Part shown: piece by piece, positions 47,115-55,101 of the stretch
Layout: each line of letters opens with the position of its first letter
Position numbering within the stretch: position 1 is the first letter of the stretch
Assembly (NCBI GenBank): GCA_965277565.1
Contig: OZ255838.1
Span: 63,423 to 127,422, forward strand
Reading direction: 5' to 3'
From: Granulicella sp.
GTDB lineage: Bacteria; Acidobacteriota; Terriglobia; Terriglobales; Acidobacteriaceae
Length of the DNA stretch: 64,000 nucleotides
Position numbers and translations under genes: made by a program
Notes under the pieces: generated by a model
The model's database searches: none
What the model was told of the DNA's origin: nothing
The model's input: only the letters and a program-made list of their open reading frames with translations

Positions 47115-48122
47115 ATGGGGTGCATGGGTGCTTTGGAGCGAGGTCTTCGGATAGCGGTCGTCGCGGGCGGGGTTGCGCTGCTGGGGACGTCCGTGGGTTC
47201 CGCCCAGTCGACACCCCCAGCGCCGCCGCCGGCAACACCAGGATCGTGTGGGCTGGTGAAGGATCCGTATGGCAACCTGACCGTGGATCCGAAGTGTGCA
47301 GATCCGGTGGGGCCGGCCGCTCCGGGCGATGTGTGCGGTCTGGTGAAGGATGCGAATGGGAATCTGACGCGGGATCCGCGCTGTCCGGCGACGGTGAATC
47401 AGCCGACGCCCACACCGGACGGTGTGGCCCCGGCGGCCAAGCGGTTTCCGTTTCCGGGGCAGGAGAGCGCGCCTTCGGCGACGCCGGATGCGCCTCCCGC
47501 CGCGCCGGGGCAGGGTGGACAGGGACAGCACGGCCAAGCGGGACAACAGGGCCAAGTACCGGCAGCATCACCCGATGCGCCGGCGAGCAAGCGATTCCCG
47601 TTTCCGGGCCAGACGGATACGAATGCGCCCGCCGCTCAGCCCGCTGCGCCGGTGCCGGGGCAGCCGCCGTTGAACGATGCGGGAAGCTCTGGGGAGTCAA
47701 GCAGCTCTTCTTCTAGTTCCAGCAGTTCTAGTTCATCTTCTTCATCTTCGAGCAGCAGTGACAAGACAGGTACAGACACGCCGGACGATCCCGATCCGCC
47801 TGCGCCGAAGCGGACGCGGCGCAAGTTGCCGCCGGTGCCCAGACAGAGCCCGTCGGAGCGTGAGGAAGAGGATGTAAAGGTGGCCGGGTTCTACCAGAAC
47901 GACGGCAACTTCAAGGGTGCGTATGAACGCGCTTTCGATGCCGTTTCGCTGGACAAAGAGGATGCGGCTGCGCATCTGGCGCTGGCGGAGTCGGCGCGCA
48001 AGCTGGGCAAGCTGGATGAGGCGATGAAGGAGTACAAGCAGTGCCTCGCGCTGGATCCCGTGCCGAAACAGCGGAAGGTAGCGGAGAAGGCGCTTCAGGA
48101 TATGACTGGCGGTGGGGGCTGA
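47115..48122 (+). CDS. secreted repeat protein: two Cys-bracketed repeats, two KRFPFPGQ motifs, a 21-Ser run, C-terminal TPR-like region
   Basis: ORF from 46851; the ATG at 47115 or 47124 gives a signal peptide (IAVVAGGVALLGTSVGSAQS). CGLVKDPYGNLTVDPKC / CGLVKDANGNLTRDPRC. 21 Ser codons at 47697..47759. The C-terminus is YQNDGNFKGAYERAFDAVSLDKEDAAAHLALAESARKLGKLDEAMKEYKQCLALDP. Confidence 0.6.
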   Translation: MGCMGALERGLRIAVVAGGVALLGTSVGSAQSTPPAPPPATPGSCGLVKDPYGNLTVDPKCADPVGPAAPGDVCGLVKDANGNLTRDPRCPATVNQPTPTPDGVAPAAKRFPFPGQESAPSATPDAPPAAPGQGGQGQHGQAGQQGQVPAASPDAPASKRFPFPGQTDTNAPAAQPAAPVPGQPPLNDAGSSGESSSSSSSSSSSSSSSSSSSSSDKTGTDTPDDPDPPAPKRTRRKLPPVPRQSPSEREEEDVKVAGFYQNDGNFKGAYERAFDAVSLDKEDAAAHLALAESARKLGKLDEAMKEYKQCLALDPVPKQRKVAEKALQDMTGGGG

Positions 48123-48136
48123 GCAGCGGGCGAGAA

Positions 48137-48159
48137 GCAGATTCCCTGCGGGAATGGCA
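48137..48159 (+). repeat. short-form hairpin repeat (diverged)
   Basis: GCAGATTCCCTGCGGGAATGGCA followed by GAAAGAAAGCAAGG. Confidence 0.7.
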
Positions 48160-48262
48160 GAAAGAAAGCAAGGTTGCTGCGAGTTTTAAGGTGCGAAGCA
48201 GCTTAAGTTGGAGCTGAAGAACCTCTGATTCATTCCCCGCAGATGACAGAAAGCGTACCTGA

Positions 48263-48318
48263 GCGGCTTAAGCCGCATCGCAAACAGGGCATTTACGGCA
48301 CGGCTGAAGCCGTGCCCT
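48263..48318. repeat. GGCTGAAGCC-type hairpins (GCGGCTTAAGCCGC; AGGGCATTTACGGCACGGCTGAAGCCGTGCCCT)
   Basis: Perfect 8-bp stem GGCACGGC/GCCGTGCC with a TGAA loop at 48297..48316. A near-copy is at 59179..59210 and related hairpins are inside 58517..58746. Confidence 0.8.
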
Positions 48319-48346
48319 TCCCATACAAGAGTTGTTCAGAGCTTCC

Positions 48347-48952
48347 CTAAAGGGATCCTTTGTACGGCCGTTTGAGGAAGGCTGGCGAGCCGGCCGGGAG
48401 AGGCCGTTGTGGCGCGGTCTTCTTCGCGGCTGATTTTGCCGTTTTTGCGCTTGCATTCCTTGGCCTTCCGGCTGCTCTTGCCCCAGCTTTGGCGCTGACG
48501 GCTTCGGTGCGCTTGCGGCGGCTACGGCCGGGTGCGGGGGCGTCGGGCTCGGGGTCGAGTTGCTCTTCTATGTGCAGGTATTTGCGGAGATAGCGGAGGG
48601 GCTCCTCGGCGAGCGCCATCTGTTTCAGGTGGTAGCGCCAGGCATCGGGGCGGGCGGAGCGGCGGATGAAGGGTTTGCGCTGAATCGTGCGCTGCGAGCC
48701 GTCGGGCATGCGGCTCTGGAAGCTCTGCGCGGGTACTTCGAAGGTGATATCGGCGCCGGGCTTCCAGAAGGTGGAGGCAAACTCGTGGCTGAAGAGCAGG
48801 GCGTAGTAGCGCCGCTGCGAGTCGAGCAGCGTGACTGCGGCGTCGGCGCTGATCCAGGGAAGGCCGAGGCGGGCCGTATACCAGCGGCGGAGCTCGAAGC
48901 CATTCGAGCGGGCGCGGGCGACGACGAGTTGCAGGATCTCAAGACGCGTCAT
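48347..48952 (-). CDS. hypothetical protein with a Lys/Arg/Ala-rich (histone-H1/AlgP-like) C-terminal tail
   Basis: 201 aa. The globular N-terminal ~135 aa (MTRLEILQLVVARARSNGFELRRWY...) matched no family I recognise. The tail is RSRRKRTEAVSAKAGARAAGRPRNASAKTAKSAAKKTAPQRP. Confidence 0.5.
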   Translation of the reverse strand: MTRLEILQLVVARARSNGFELRRWYTARLGLPWISADAAVTLLDSQRRYYALLFSHEFASTFWKPGADITFEVPAQSFQSRMPDGSQRTIQRKPFIRRSARPDAWRYHLKQMALAEEPLRYLRKYLHIEEQLDPEPDAPAPGRSRRKRTEAVSAKAGARAAGRPRNASAKTAKSAAKKTAPQRPLPAGSPAFLKRPYKGSL

Positions 48953-48972
48953 GGCGGGCGGCCGGCGGTGCC

Positions 48973-49009
48973 GGATACGAAGCGGGTCTGGATACGAAGC
49001 GGGTCTGGA
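48973..49009. repeat. 17-bp tandem direct repeat x2.2 (GGATACGAAGCGGGTCT)
   Basis: Copies at 48973..48989 and 48990..49006 are identical, followed by the partial unit GGA. Lies just upstream (minus strand) of the 48347..48952 gene start. Confidence 0.9.
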
Positions 49010-49034
49010 GCTTCGCGTTCAAAGCCCCAGGCGG

Positions 49035-49610
49035 CTAGGGCTCGTAGTTAGTTTCGCGGCGGATGCGGTCGCGCAGGTCGGCGGAGGTATGGAACGGGGG
49101 CGTCCCGGTTGGATGGGCGAGGGTGTTCTGTTCATGGCGCTGTCGCCAGAGTCGCATCAGCACGATGACGGCGCCGATGCCAAGCGCGAGTACGGCGAAG
49201 GGAACGACCCAGGCGACGATGTCAAAACCGCCACGAATTGGCGCGGCGAGCACGATAGGGCCGTACTTGGCGGCAAACCAGTGGAGCACGTTGCCGTTGG
49301 GCAGACCGGTGGCGACCTGGGCGTGCAGGTCGGCGATCATGCCCGGGGAGGTGGGGCAGCCCATGTGGTTGCATTCGAGCAGGATCTCGCCGCAGCCGCA
49401 GGTGCACATCAGTTGATGGCCGAGCTTGTCGTAGCGCATGGACGGGTCGCCCGCGCCGAGCATGGTGAATGCGACGAAGCAGAGGATAAAGATTTGGAAA
49501 AAATGCTTGGGCTTGGAAAGAGGGGTGAGGGGCGAGGTGGAGAGGATTGAGCGAATTTTGTTCGGGTTCGAGTTTTGAGTTGGCAGGTTTTGAGTGGCTT
49601 GGCTAGGCAT
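49035..49610 (-). CDS. ccmH: cytochrome c-type biogenesis protein CcmH/CycL family
   Basis: The ATG at 49610 overlaps the ccmF stop (ATGCCTAG). Signal/TM (FFQIFILCFVAFTMLGAG), a Cys-rich motif (LMCTCGCGEILLECNHMGC, atypical versus LRCxxC), then FAAKYGPIVLAAP and a C-terminal TM. Confidence 0.7.
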   Translation of the reverse strand: MPSQATQNLPTQNSNPNKIRSILSTSPLTPLSKPKHFFQIFILCFVAFTMLGAGDPSMRYDKLGHQLMCTCGCGEILLECNHMGCPTSPGMIADLHAQVATGLPNGNVLHWFAAKYGPIVLAAPIRGGFDIVAWVVPFAVLALGIGAVIVLMRLWRQRHEQNTLAHPTGTPPFHTSADLRDRIRRETNYEP

Positions 49611-51726
49611 GGCCGGCCTCGGTTCTGGCCCGAGCCACGGCCACTGCGGGGCGCTCCGCTGCGCTGCGGTCCTGTCGAGAGTGCACAAGAGATGAGGCTT
49701 CGATGCGGCGTGTAGAGGAGGTAAGCGATGGAGCGAGTGCGACTGCGGTGCCGAAGATGACGATGCCCACGCCGATCCAGATCCAGTTGACGAGCGGGTT
49801 CAGGAAAACCTTGATAGTGGGCTTGTCGGTCTGCTGATTGCGGCCTTCGAAGACGACGTACAGATCGCGGGCGAGGGTGGAATGGATGGCCACGACGGTG
49901 GAGGCCTGCGCGTGATCGGTCTCCGGGAAGTAAACGCGGCGTTCAGGAGAGAGCCTCGTGACCAGTTTGGAGCCGTGGTACAGATCCAACAGGGCGTAGT
50001 CGGTGTCGTAGTTGGCGTTGGAGTCCTGAGTGTAGCTCTGGCAGACGATCTTCCAGGAGCCGATGGAAAGGGAATCGCCGAAACCCATCTCCATTTCGCG
50101 GGATTGATTAAAGGCTGAGCCCGCCAGGCCGATAAAGAGGACAACGATGCCGAAGTGGATGATGTAGCCGCCGTAGCGGCGGGTGTTGCGGCGGGTGAGG
50201 AGGATGGCGGAGCTGAGGAGGTTGCGGTGTGTCTGGGTGCGGACGACGTTGGCGCCACGCAGGAACTCGGCGGCAATGGCGACGATAACGCCGGCGGAGA
50301 GGGACAAGCAGACGAGCGCGTAAATGGAGGAGGTGGGGTCGTCTTCGGCCCAGGGGTGGAGGCCGGTGGCCATGAGGACGCCGGCGGTGAGCAGGATAGC
50401 GCTGCACGGCATGATGAAGTTGCGGCGCAGGGCGCGCAGCGAGGTGGAGCGCCAGGCGAGCAGCGGGCCCACGCCGGTAAGCAGGATGAGCCCGAGGCCG
50501 ATGGGGACCATGACGCGGTTGTAGAACGGCGGCCCCATGGTGACCTTGGAGCCCTGGACGTACTCGGAGAGCACGGGAAAAAGCGTGCCCCAAAGCACGG
50601 TGAAACAGGAGGCGAGCAGGATCAGGTTGTTGAACAGAAAGCTGGACTCGCGGGAGACCAGCGATTCGAGGCGGTTCTCCGACTTGAGGTGATCTTTCTG
50701 CCGGAAGAACGTGAAGAGGCAGATTGCAAAGACGATGAGCAGAAAGGAGGTGAACCAGTTGCCGATCGAGCTCTGCGCGAAGGCGTGCACGGAGCTGACC
50801 AGGCCGGAGCGCGTGAGCAGCGTGCCCAGGATCGTGAGCATGAAGGTGGCGAAGATGAGCCACACGTTCCAAACCTTCATCATGCCGCGTTTTTCCTGCA
50901 TCATCACGGAGTGCAGAAAGGCGGTTCCCGCCAGCCAGGGCATGAGGGAGGCGTTTTCGACAGGGTCCCAGCCCCAGTAGCCGCCCCAGCCGAGCACGGC
51001 ATAGGCCCAGTGCATGCCCAGCATGATGCCGACGGTAAGAAAGAGCCAGGTGACCATCGTCCAGCGGCGGGTGATGTGAATCCACTTTTCGCCGGGGTAG
51101 CGCATCATTAACGCTCCCAGGGCAAAGGCGAAGGGAACGGAGAAGCCCACATAGCCGAGGTAGAGCATGGGCGGATGGATGGCCATCTCGGGGTATTGCA
51201 GCAGCGGATTCAGCCCGAAGCCGTCCGCCGGAGGGACGCCCGCGACGATCGCGAACGGAGGCGCGGCGAAGACGAGCAGCAGCAGAAAGAAGATCTGAAT
51301 GCCCGCCAGAATGGTGGAGGCGTAGGCCGAAAGGGTGATATCGACTTTGTGACGCAGGCGGAGCACGAAGCCATACCCTGAGAGCAGCCACGCCCAGAGC
51401 AGCAGCGAGCCCTCCTGCCCGGACCAAAGCGAGGAGAACTTGTACATCGGGTGCAGCGCGCGATTGGTGTGGTGCAGGATGTAGTCGACGGAGAAGTCGT
51501 TGGTGAAGGCGGCCCAGATGAGCGCGAAGGCAGCGCAGGAGATGACGACGAAGCTGGCTAGGCCGGCACGGCGGGAGGTTTCCCGCAGGCGTTCCGGCGC
51601 CACGGCAAGCGGGCGACCGTGAGCGATCGCCCAAAGCGCGAGGCCACCGGAGAACAGGGTGTAGACGCTTAGGGCGAGCGCCAGCAGCAGCGAAAAACTG
51701 CCGAAAGAGGGCATGGGATGGGTCAT
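49603..51726 (-). CDS. ccmF: cytochrome c-type biogenesis heme lyase subunit CcmF
   Basis: More than 12 TMs and the Trp-rich heme-handling motif WGGYWGWDPVENASLMPWL. Confidence 0.9.
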   Translation of the reverse strand: MTHPMPSFGSFSLLLALALSVYTLFSGGLALWAIAHGRPLAVAPERLRETSRRAGLASFVVISCAAFALIWAAFTNDFSVDYILHHTNRALHPMYKFSSLWSGQEGSLLLWAWLLSGYGFVLRLRHKVDITLSAYASTILAGIQIFFLLLLVFAAPPFAIVAGVPPADGFGLNPLLQYPEMAIHPPMLYLGYVGFSVPFAFALGALMMRYPGEKWIHITRRWTMVTWLFLTVGIMLGMHWAYAVLGWGGYWGWDPVENASLMPWLAGTAFLHSVMMQEKRGMMKVWNVWLIFATFMLTILGTLLTRSGLVSSVHAFAQSSIGNWFTSFLLIVFAICLFTFFRQKDHLKSENRLESLVSRESSFLFNNLILLASCFTVLWGTLFPVLSEYVQGSKVTMGPPFYNRVMVPIGLGLILLTGVGPLLAWRSTSLRALRRNFIMPCSAILLTAGVLMATGLHPWAEDDPTSSIYALVCLSLSAGVIVAIAAEFLRGANVVRTQTHRNLLSSAILLTRRNTRRYGGYIIHFGIVVLFIGLAGSAFNQSREMEMGFGDSLSIGSWKIVCQSYTQDSNANYDTDYALLDLYHGSKLVTRLSPERRVYFPETDHAQASTVVAIHSTLARDLYVVFEGRNQQTDKPTIKVFLNPLVNWIWIGVGIVIFGTAVALAPSLTSSTRRIEASSLVHSRQDRSAAERPAVAVARARTEAGHA

Positions 51727-51828
51727 GCGCGGGAAGACGTCCTTCGCCCCCCATTCTCGCAGGTTTTATCCCGGGTTGGATGGGCGAGAGCTACCGAAGC
51801 CCGGTTACCGGACTGCTTCAGAAATCCG

Positions 51829-52218
51829 TTATTCGGCGGGTGCGGCAGCCATCTTTTCCGCTACCAGGCGATGAACACTGGCGAGCAGGTGCTCCGGCAG
51901 CAGAGGCTTGAGGCGGAAGTGCACGCCGAGTTGCGCATACTCCTCTTCGGCCTCCGCCATGCCGCTGATGACGAGTACGGGAACCTCAGGATCGAAGCTG
52001 CGAACGGCGCGCACAAAATCGGCTCCGTTCATGCCCGGCATGATGTGGTCCGTGATGATGAGGTCGATGGGAGCGGGAAACTCGCCGTTCCGGTACTGCT
52101 CCAGAGCGCGCTCCGGGTTCAGAACAGCGATCACGAAAAAGCCGGCCCGCTTCAGAATGGTCTGTCGTGTCGCGGCCTGCACCGCATTGTCATCGATCAA
52201 AAGAATTGTTGCTTGCAT
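51829..52218 (-). CDS. single-domain response regulator (CheY-like receiver only)
   Basis: ATG at 52218: MQATILLIDDNAVQ..., phospho-acceptor context DLIITDHIMPGMNG and a conserved Lys (FRLKP). 129 aa with no output domain. The listed 271-aa ORF extension is not receiver-like. Confidence 0.8.
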   Translation of the reverse strand: MQATILLIDDNAVQAATRQTILKRAGFFVIAVLNPERALEQYRNGEFPAPIDLIITDHIMPGMNGADFVRAVRSFDPEVPVLVISGMAEAEEEYAQLGVHFRLKPLLPEHLLASVHRLVAEKMAAAPAE

Positions 52219-52437
52219 GCCGTCGATCGGGTCCTGGTGAAAGAGCGCTGGGACAAAAAGCGGGTGAGTAATTGTCGAGTGCATATGATGCCGAGCGTAG
52301 GGGAAACGCTGCCTGCACAGGAAGTAGTAAGACGTATTCCTAAGCAGGCTGTCCATTTTTGCGGAGGCCGAAGGAAGGGCTGCCCCTCGCCGAACCTGTG
52401 GCTTCCACAGACCGCGGTTGAGCCGCAGGCTGCGATA

Positions 52438-54921
52438 ATGGCCGCTATGAAGCGGCGTGTGATCCGCCATTACGAGTTTCTGCGCAAGATCGGCTCGGGG
52501 GGCAGCGGCGTTGTGTTTCTGGCCAACGACACGCTGCTGCAGCGTCCGGTGGTGCTGAAGCTGCTGAAGCGCGGCTCGCAGACGCCGGAGCAGATGCGCG
52601 CAACCCAGCTGCGTGAGGCACGGCTGGCGTCGGCGATCGACCATCCCAACGTCTGCGCGATCTATGAGGTGGGCGAGGAGGAGGACGAGGCGTACATCGT
52701 CATGCAGTACATCCCGGGCAAGAGCCTCGACAAGGTGATCGCCGAGGGGCCCGCGAGCCTGCAGCTGGTGCTCTCAAGCGGCATGCAGATCGCCGACGGT
52801 CTGCAGGCGGCGCACAACCTGGGCATCTTTCATCGCGATCTGAAGCCGGCCAACGTCATGCTGACCGATGGCGGCCTGATCAAGATTCTGGACTTCGGTC
52901 TGGCGCGGCAGTTGACGCGGGAGCAGGGCGAGTTCGATCCGTCCAGCCCGGGCCAGGCAATCTCGCCGGCGTTGCCGGATTCGACCTACACGGCGCGCGG
53001 GGGCACCATCGCCTACATGGCGCCGGAGCAGTTTGTTACCGGCCAAAGCAGCGTACGCAGCGACATCTTCGCGCTGGGTGTGCTGCTTTATGAGTTCGTG
53101 ACGGGGCGCCATCCGTTTCACAAGCCGGACGCGCAGGAGCTGCAAAGCATTCGTGCGATTCAGTTTGCCGAGCCGCCGGCGTTGCGCGAGATCGTTCCCG
53201 AAATGCCGGTGGAGTTGGAGAGCGTGATTCTGCGCTGCCTGGAGAAGCAGCCTTCGGAACGGTATGCGAGTGCTGCCGATGTGCGCGAGGGGCTGAAGAC
53301 GATCCTGAAGTCGCTGCGCTTGGATGTTGCCGTGATGCCTGGCGAAAGCGCGACGTTTATGGCGGCGCAGCAACGGCTGGACCTGCATTCGCCCGAGGAA
53401 GAGAAACGCACGGCGGGTTTCCTTTCGATGCTTGCCGAACGGTTTCGCGATGCGAGCCCCAGTGAGGCGGAGCGGCGAACCACCATCGTTGTTCTGCCGT
53501 TCATGAATCTTGGCCAAACGGATGCGACCCCGTTCTATGGTTCGGCACTGGCGGATGCGCTGGGCGCCCGGTTGGCGAAGGTGCCGTCGCTGGTGGTGCG
53601 GCCCTCGAGTACTCTGATGAACGTAGGCGCCAAGCAGCTGGACCCGTTGAGCCTGGGGCGCAAGCTGCTGGTGGACTTCGTGCTGGCCGGAAGTTTTCTG
53701 CGCTCCGAAAGCGGCTTCGATCTGAACTGGCAGCTGCTGGATGTGAAGGGTGAAAGTGTGCGTACGGGCGGCTCGATCAGCGTGGCCAGCTTTGATCTGA
53801 TCTCCGTGCAAACCGAGATCTGCGACGAGGTGTTCGCGGAGCTGCGCGGGGCCGGTGCGCTGCAGGGAAAACCCATTGAGGGAAATCGTCTGGCCAAGCT
53901 CGGGGATGCGGCATCGGAGGATTATCTGCGGGCCCGTGCATTGCTTTCCTCCTTCATGACGCGCACCGGAAGTCGCGATGAGCTGGATCGTGCGCTGCGT
54001 TTATTCGAAGGGGTAACCGCGCGGGATCCGGGCTATGCACCGGGGTGGTCGGGGCTGGGCATCACGCACCTGCAGTATGCGCGGCATGGGCTGGGCGGAC
54101 AGATGCATGTGCTGGAGGCGAGGCGCGCCTTTGATAAGGCGTTGGAGCGCGATGCGGCCTCAGTTGAGGCCAATCTGTATCGCGTGTACATGCTGCTCTC
54201 CCGTGGTGAAAAGGAGAGCGCCCGCCATGGAATTGAGCATCTGCTGCAGGACGCCGGCAATGACTGGAATGTGCATCTGTTGGCGGCGTTGACGCTGCGG
54301 CTGGATGGGATCTATGCCGATGCGCTCACGCAGTTCAATATCTCGCTGCGCTTGAATCCATCCAATGCGGCGATGATTTACAACCACCGGGCGCGGGTGT
54401 ATCAGTATCAGAATCAGCTTGAGATCGCGGGCGACGAGATTGAAAAGGGGTTGACGCTGGAGCCGCGTCAGCCGTTGTTGCGCATCTCCAGCGGCTATCA
54501 GCAGATGCGGCTGGGGCAGCTTTCCAAGGCCATCGACACGCTGGAAGGCGTGATCCGCGACGATGCTACCCTGCGCATTGTTTTTCCGACGATTGCGATG
54601 TGCTACGTGCAGCTTGGGGATCGGAAACGCGCGGCTGATTTCATCTTGGAAGATGTGCTGGCCGCCGCAGAGGCGGATAGCGAGATGGCGTACCGGCTGG
54701 CAACGTATTTCGCCGTCGAAGGCGACGCGAGTGAAGCGCTGCATTGGCTGCGGCGCGCGATCTATCTCGGCAATGAGAACTATCCGTGGTTCAGCATCAA
54801 TCCCGCCTGGCGCGGCATGGCGGAGAACCAGGATTTTCAGCGGGCGCTGGAGGACCTCAAAAAGAGCTACAGGCGCAACCAGAAGAACTGGAAGCGCCTC
54901 TTGTCTCAGGTGGAGAGTTAG
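52438..54921 (+). CDS. Hanks-type Ser/Thr protein kinase fused to a TolB-N-like domain and TPR repeats
   Basis: ATG at 52438 (MAAMKRRVIRHYEF). GSGGSGVVFLA, VVLKLL, HRDLKPANV, DFGLAR, YMAPE. Then TIVVLPFMNLGQTDATPFYGSALADAL...DFVLAGSF (TolB-like) and C-terminal TPRs. The ORF track start 51718 is antisense to the response regulator. Confidence 0.85.
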   Translation: MAAMKRRVIRHYEFLRKIGSGGSGVVFLANDTLLQRPVVLKLLKRGSQTPEQMRATQLREARLASAIDHPNVCAIYEVGEEEDEAYIVMQYIPGKSLDKVIAEGPASLQLVLSSGMQIADGLQAAHNLGIFHRDLKPANVMLTDGGLIKILDFGLARQLTREQGEFDPSSPGQAISPALPDSTYTARGGTIAYMAPEQFVTGQSSVRSDIFALGVLLYEFVTGRHPFHKPDAQELQSIRAIQFAEPPALREIVPEMPVELESVILRCLEKQPSERYASAADVREGLKTILKSLRLDVAVMPGESATFMAAQQRLDLHSPEEEKRTAGFLSMLAERFRDASPSEAERRTTIVVLPFMNLGQTDATPFYGSALADALGARLAKVPSLVVRPSSTLMNVGAKQLDPLSLGRKLLVDFVLAGSFLRSESGFDLNWQLLDVKGESVRTGGSISVASFDLISVQTEICDEVFAELRGAGALQGKPIEGNRLAKLGDAASEDYLRARALLSSFMTRTGSRDELDRALRLFEGVTARDPGYAPGWSGLGITHLQYARHGLGGQMHVLEARRAFDKALERDAASVEANLYRVYMLLSRGEKESARHGIEHLLQDAGNDWNVHLLAALTLRLDGIYADALTQFNISLRLNPSNAAMIYNHRARVYQYQNQLEIAGDEIEKGLTLEPRQPLLRISSGYQQMRLGQLSKAIDTLEGVIRDDATLRIVFPTIAMCYVQLGDRKRAADFILEDVLAAAEADSEMAYRLATYFAVEGDASEALHWLRRAIYLGNENYPWFSINPAWRGMAENQDFQRALEDLKKSYRRNQKNWKRLLSQVES

Positions 54922-54981
54922 GGCTGATTACGCGTTGCTGTATAGGCGTTCTCTTTGCTGTATAGCCTTCTTTTTTAGAAT

Positions 54982-55076
54982 TGTCATCCCGTAGCGCAAC
55001 GAAGGGATCTGCTTTTTCTATAGGTGGCAGCAACGCTTAAGAAAAGCAGATCCCTTCGCTGCGCTACGCGATGACA
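54982..55076. repeat. convergent pair of long-form hairpin repeats (- copy 54982..55012, + copy 55046..55076)
   Basis: TGTCATCCCGTAGCGCAACGAAGGGATCTGC ... GCAGATCCCTTCGCTGCGCTACGCGATGACA, 33 nt apart. Confidence 0.9.
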
Positions 55077-55101
55077 GATGAAAGGCAGGGGAAATCCATC
55101 C

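Noticed and set aside
46672-47700. 342-aa Pro/Arg/Ser-rich minus-strand ORF
   Set aside because: It overlaps the SET gene in another frame and the antisense of the secreted repeat protein. It has no domain, so it is a shadow ORF.
49500-49610. The C/A-rich 5' part of ccmH as an untranslated leader rather than coding sequence
   Set aside because: There is no alternative start codon between 49610 and the hydrophobic signal segment, which must be translated. The ATG at 49610 overlaps the ccmF stop in the usual coupled fashion, so I kept it as coding.
50108-51754. 548-aa ORF on the same strand as ccmF in another frame
   Set aside because: It is an Arg/Pro/His-rich alternate frame of ccmF. The CcmF frame carries the WGxxWxWDxxEN heme-handling motif and more than 12 TMs.
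51718-52437. 240-codon N-terminal extension of the Ser/Thr kinase ORF
   Set aside because: It is antisense to the receiver-domain gene and has no kinase similarity. The kinase subdomain I Gly-loop follows the ATG at 52438.
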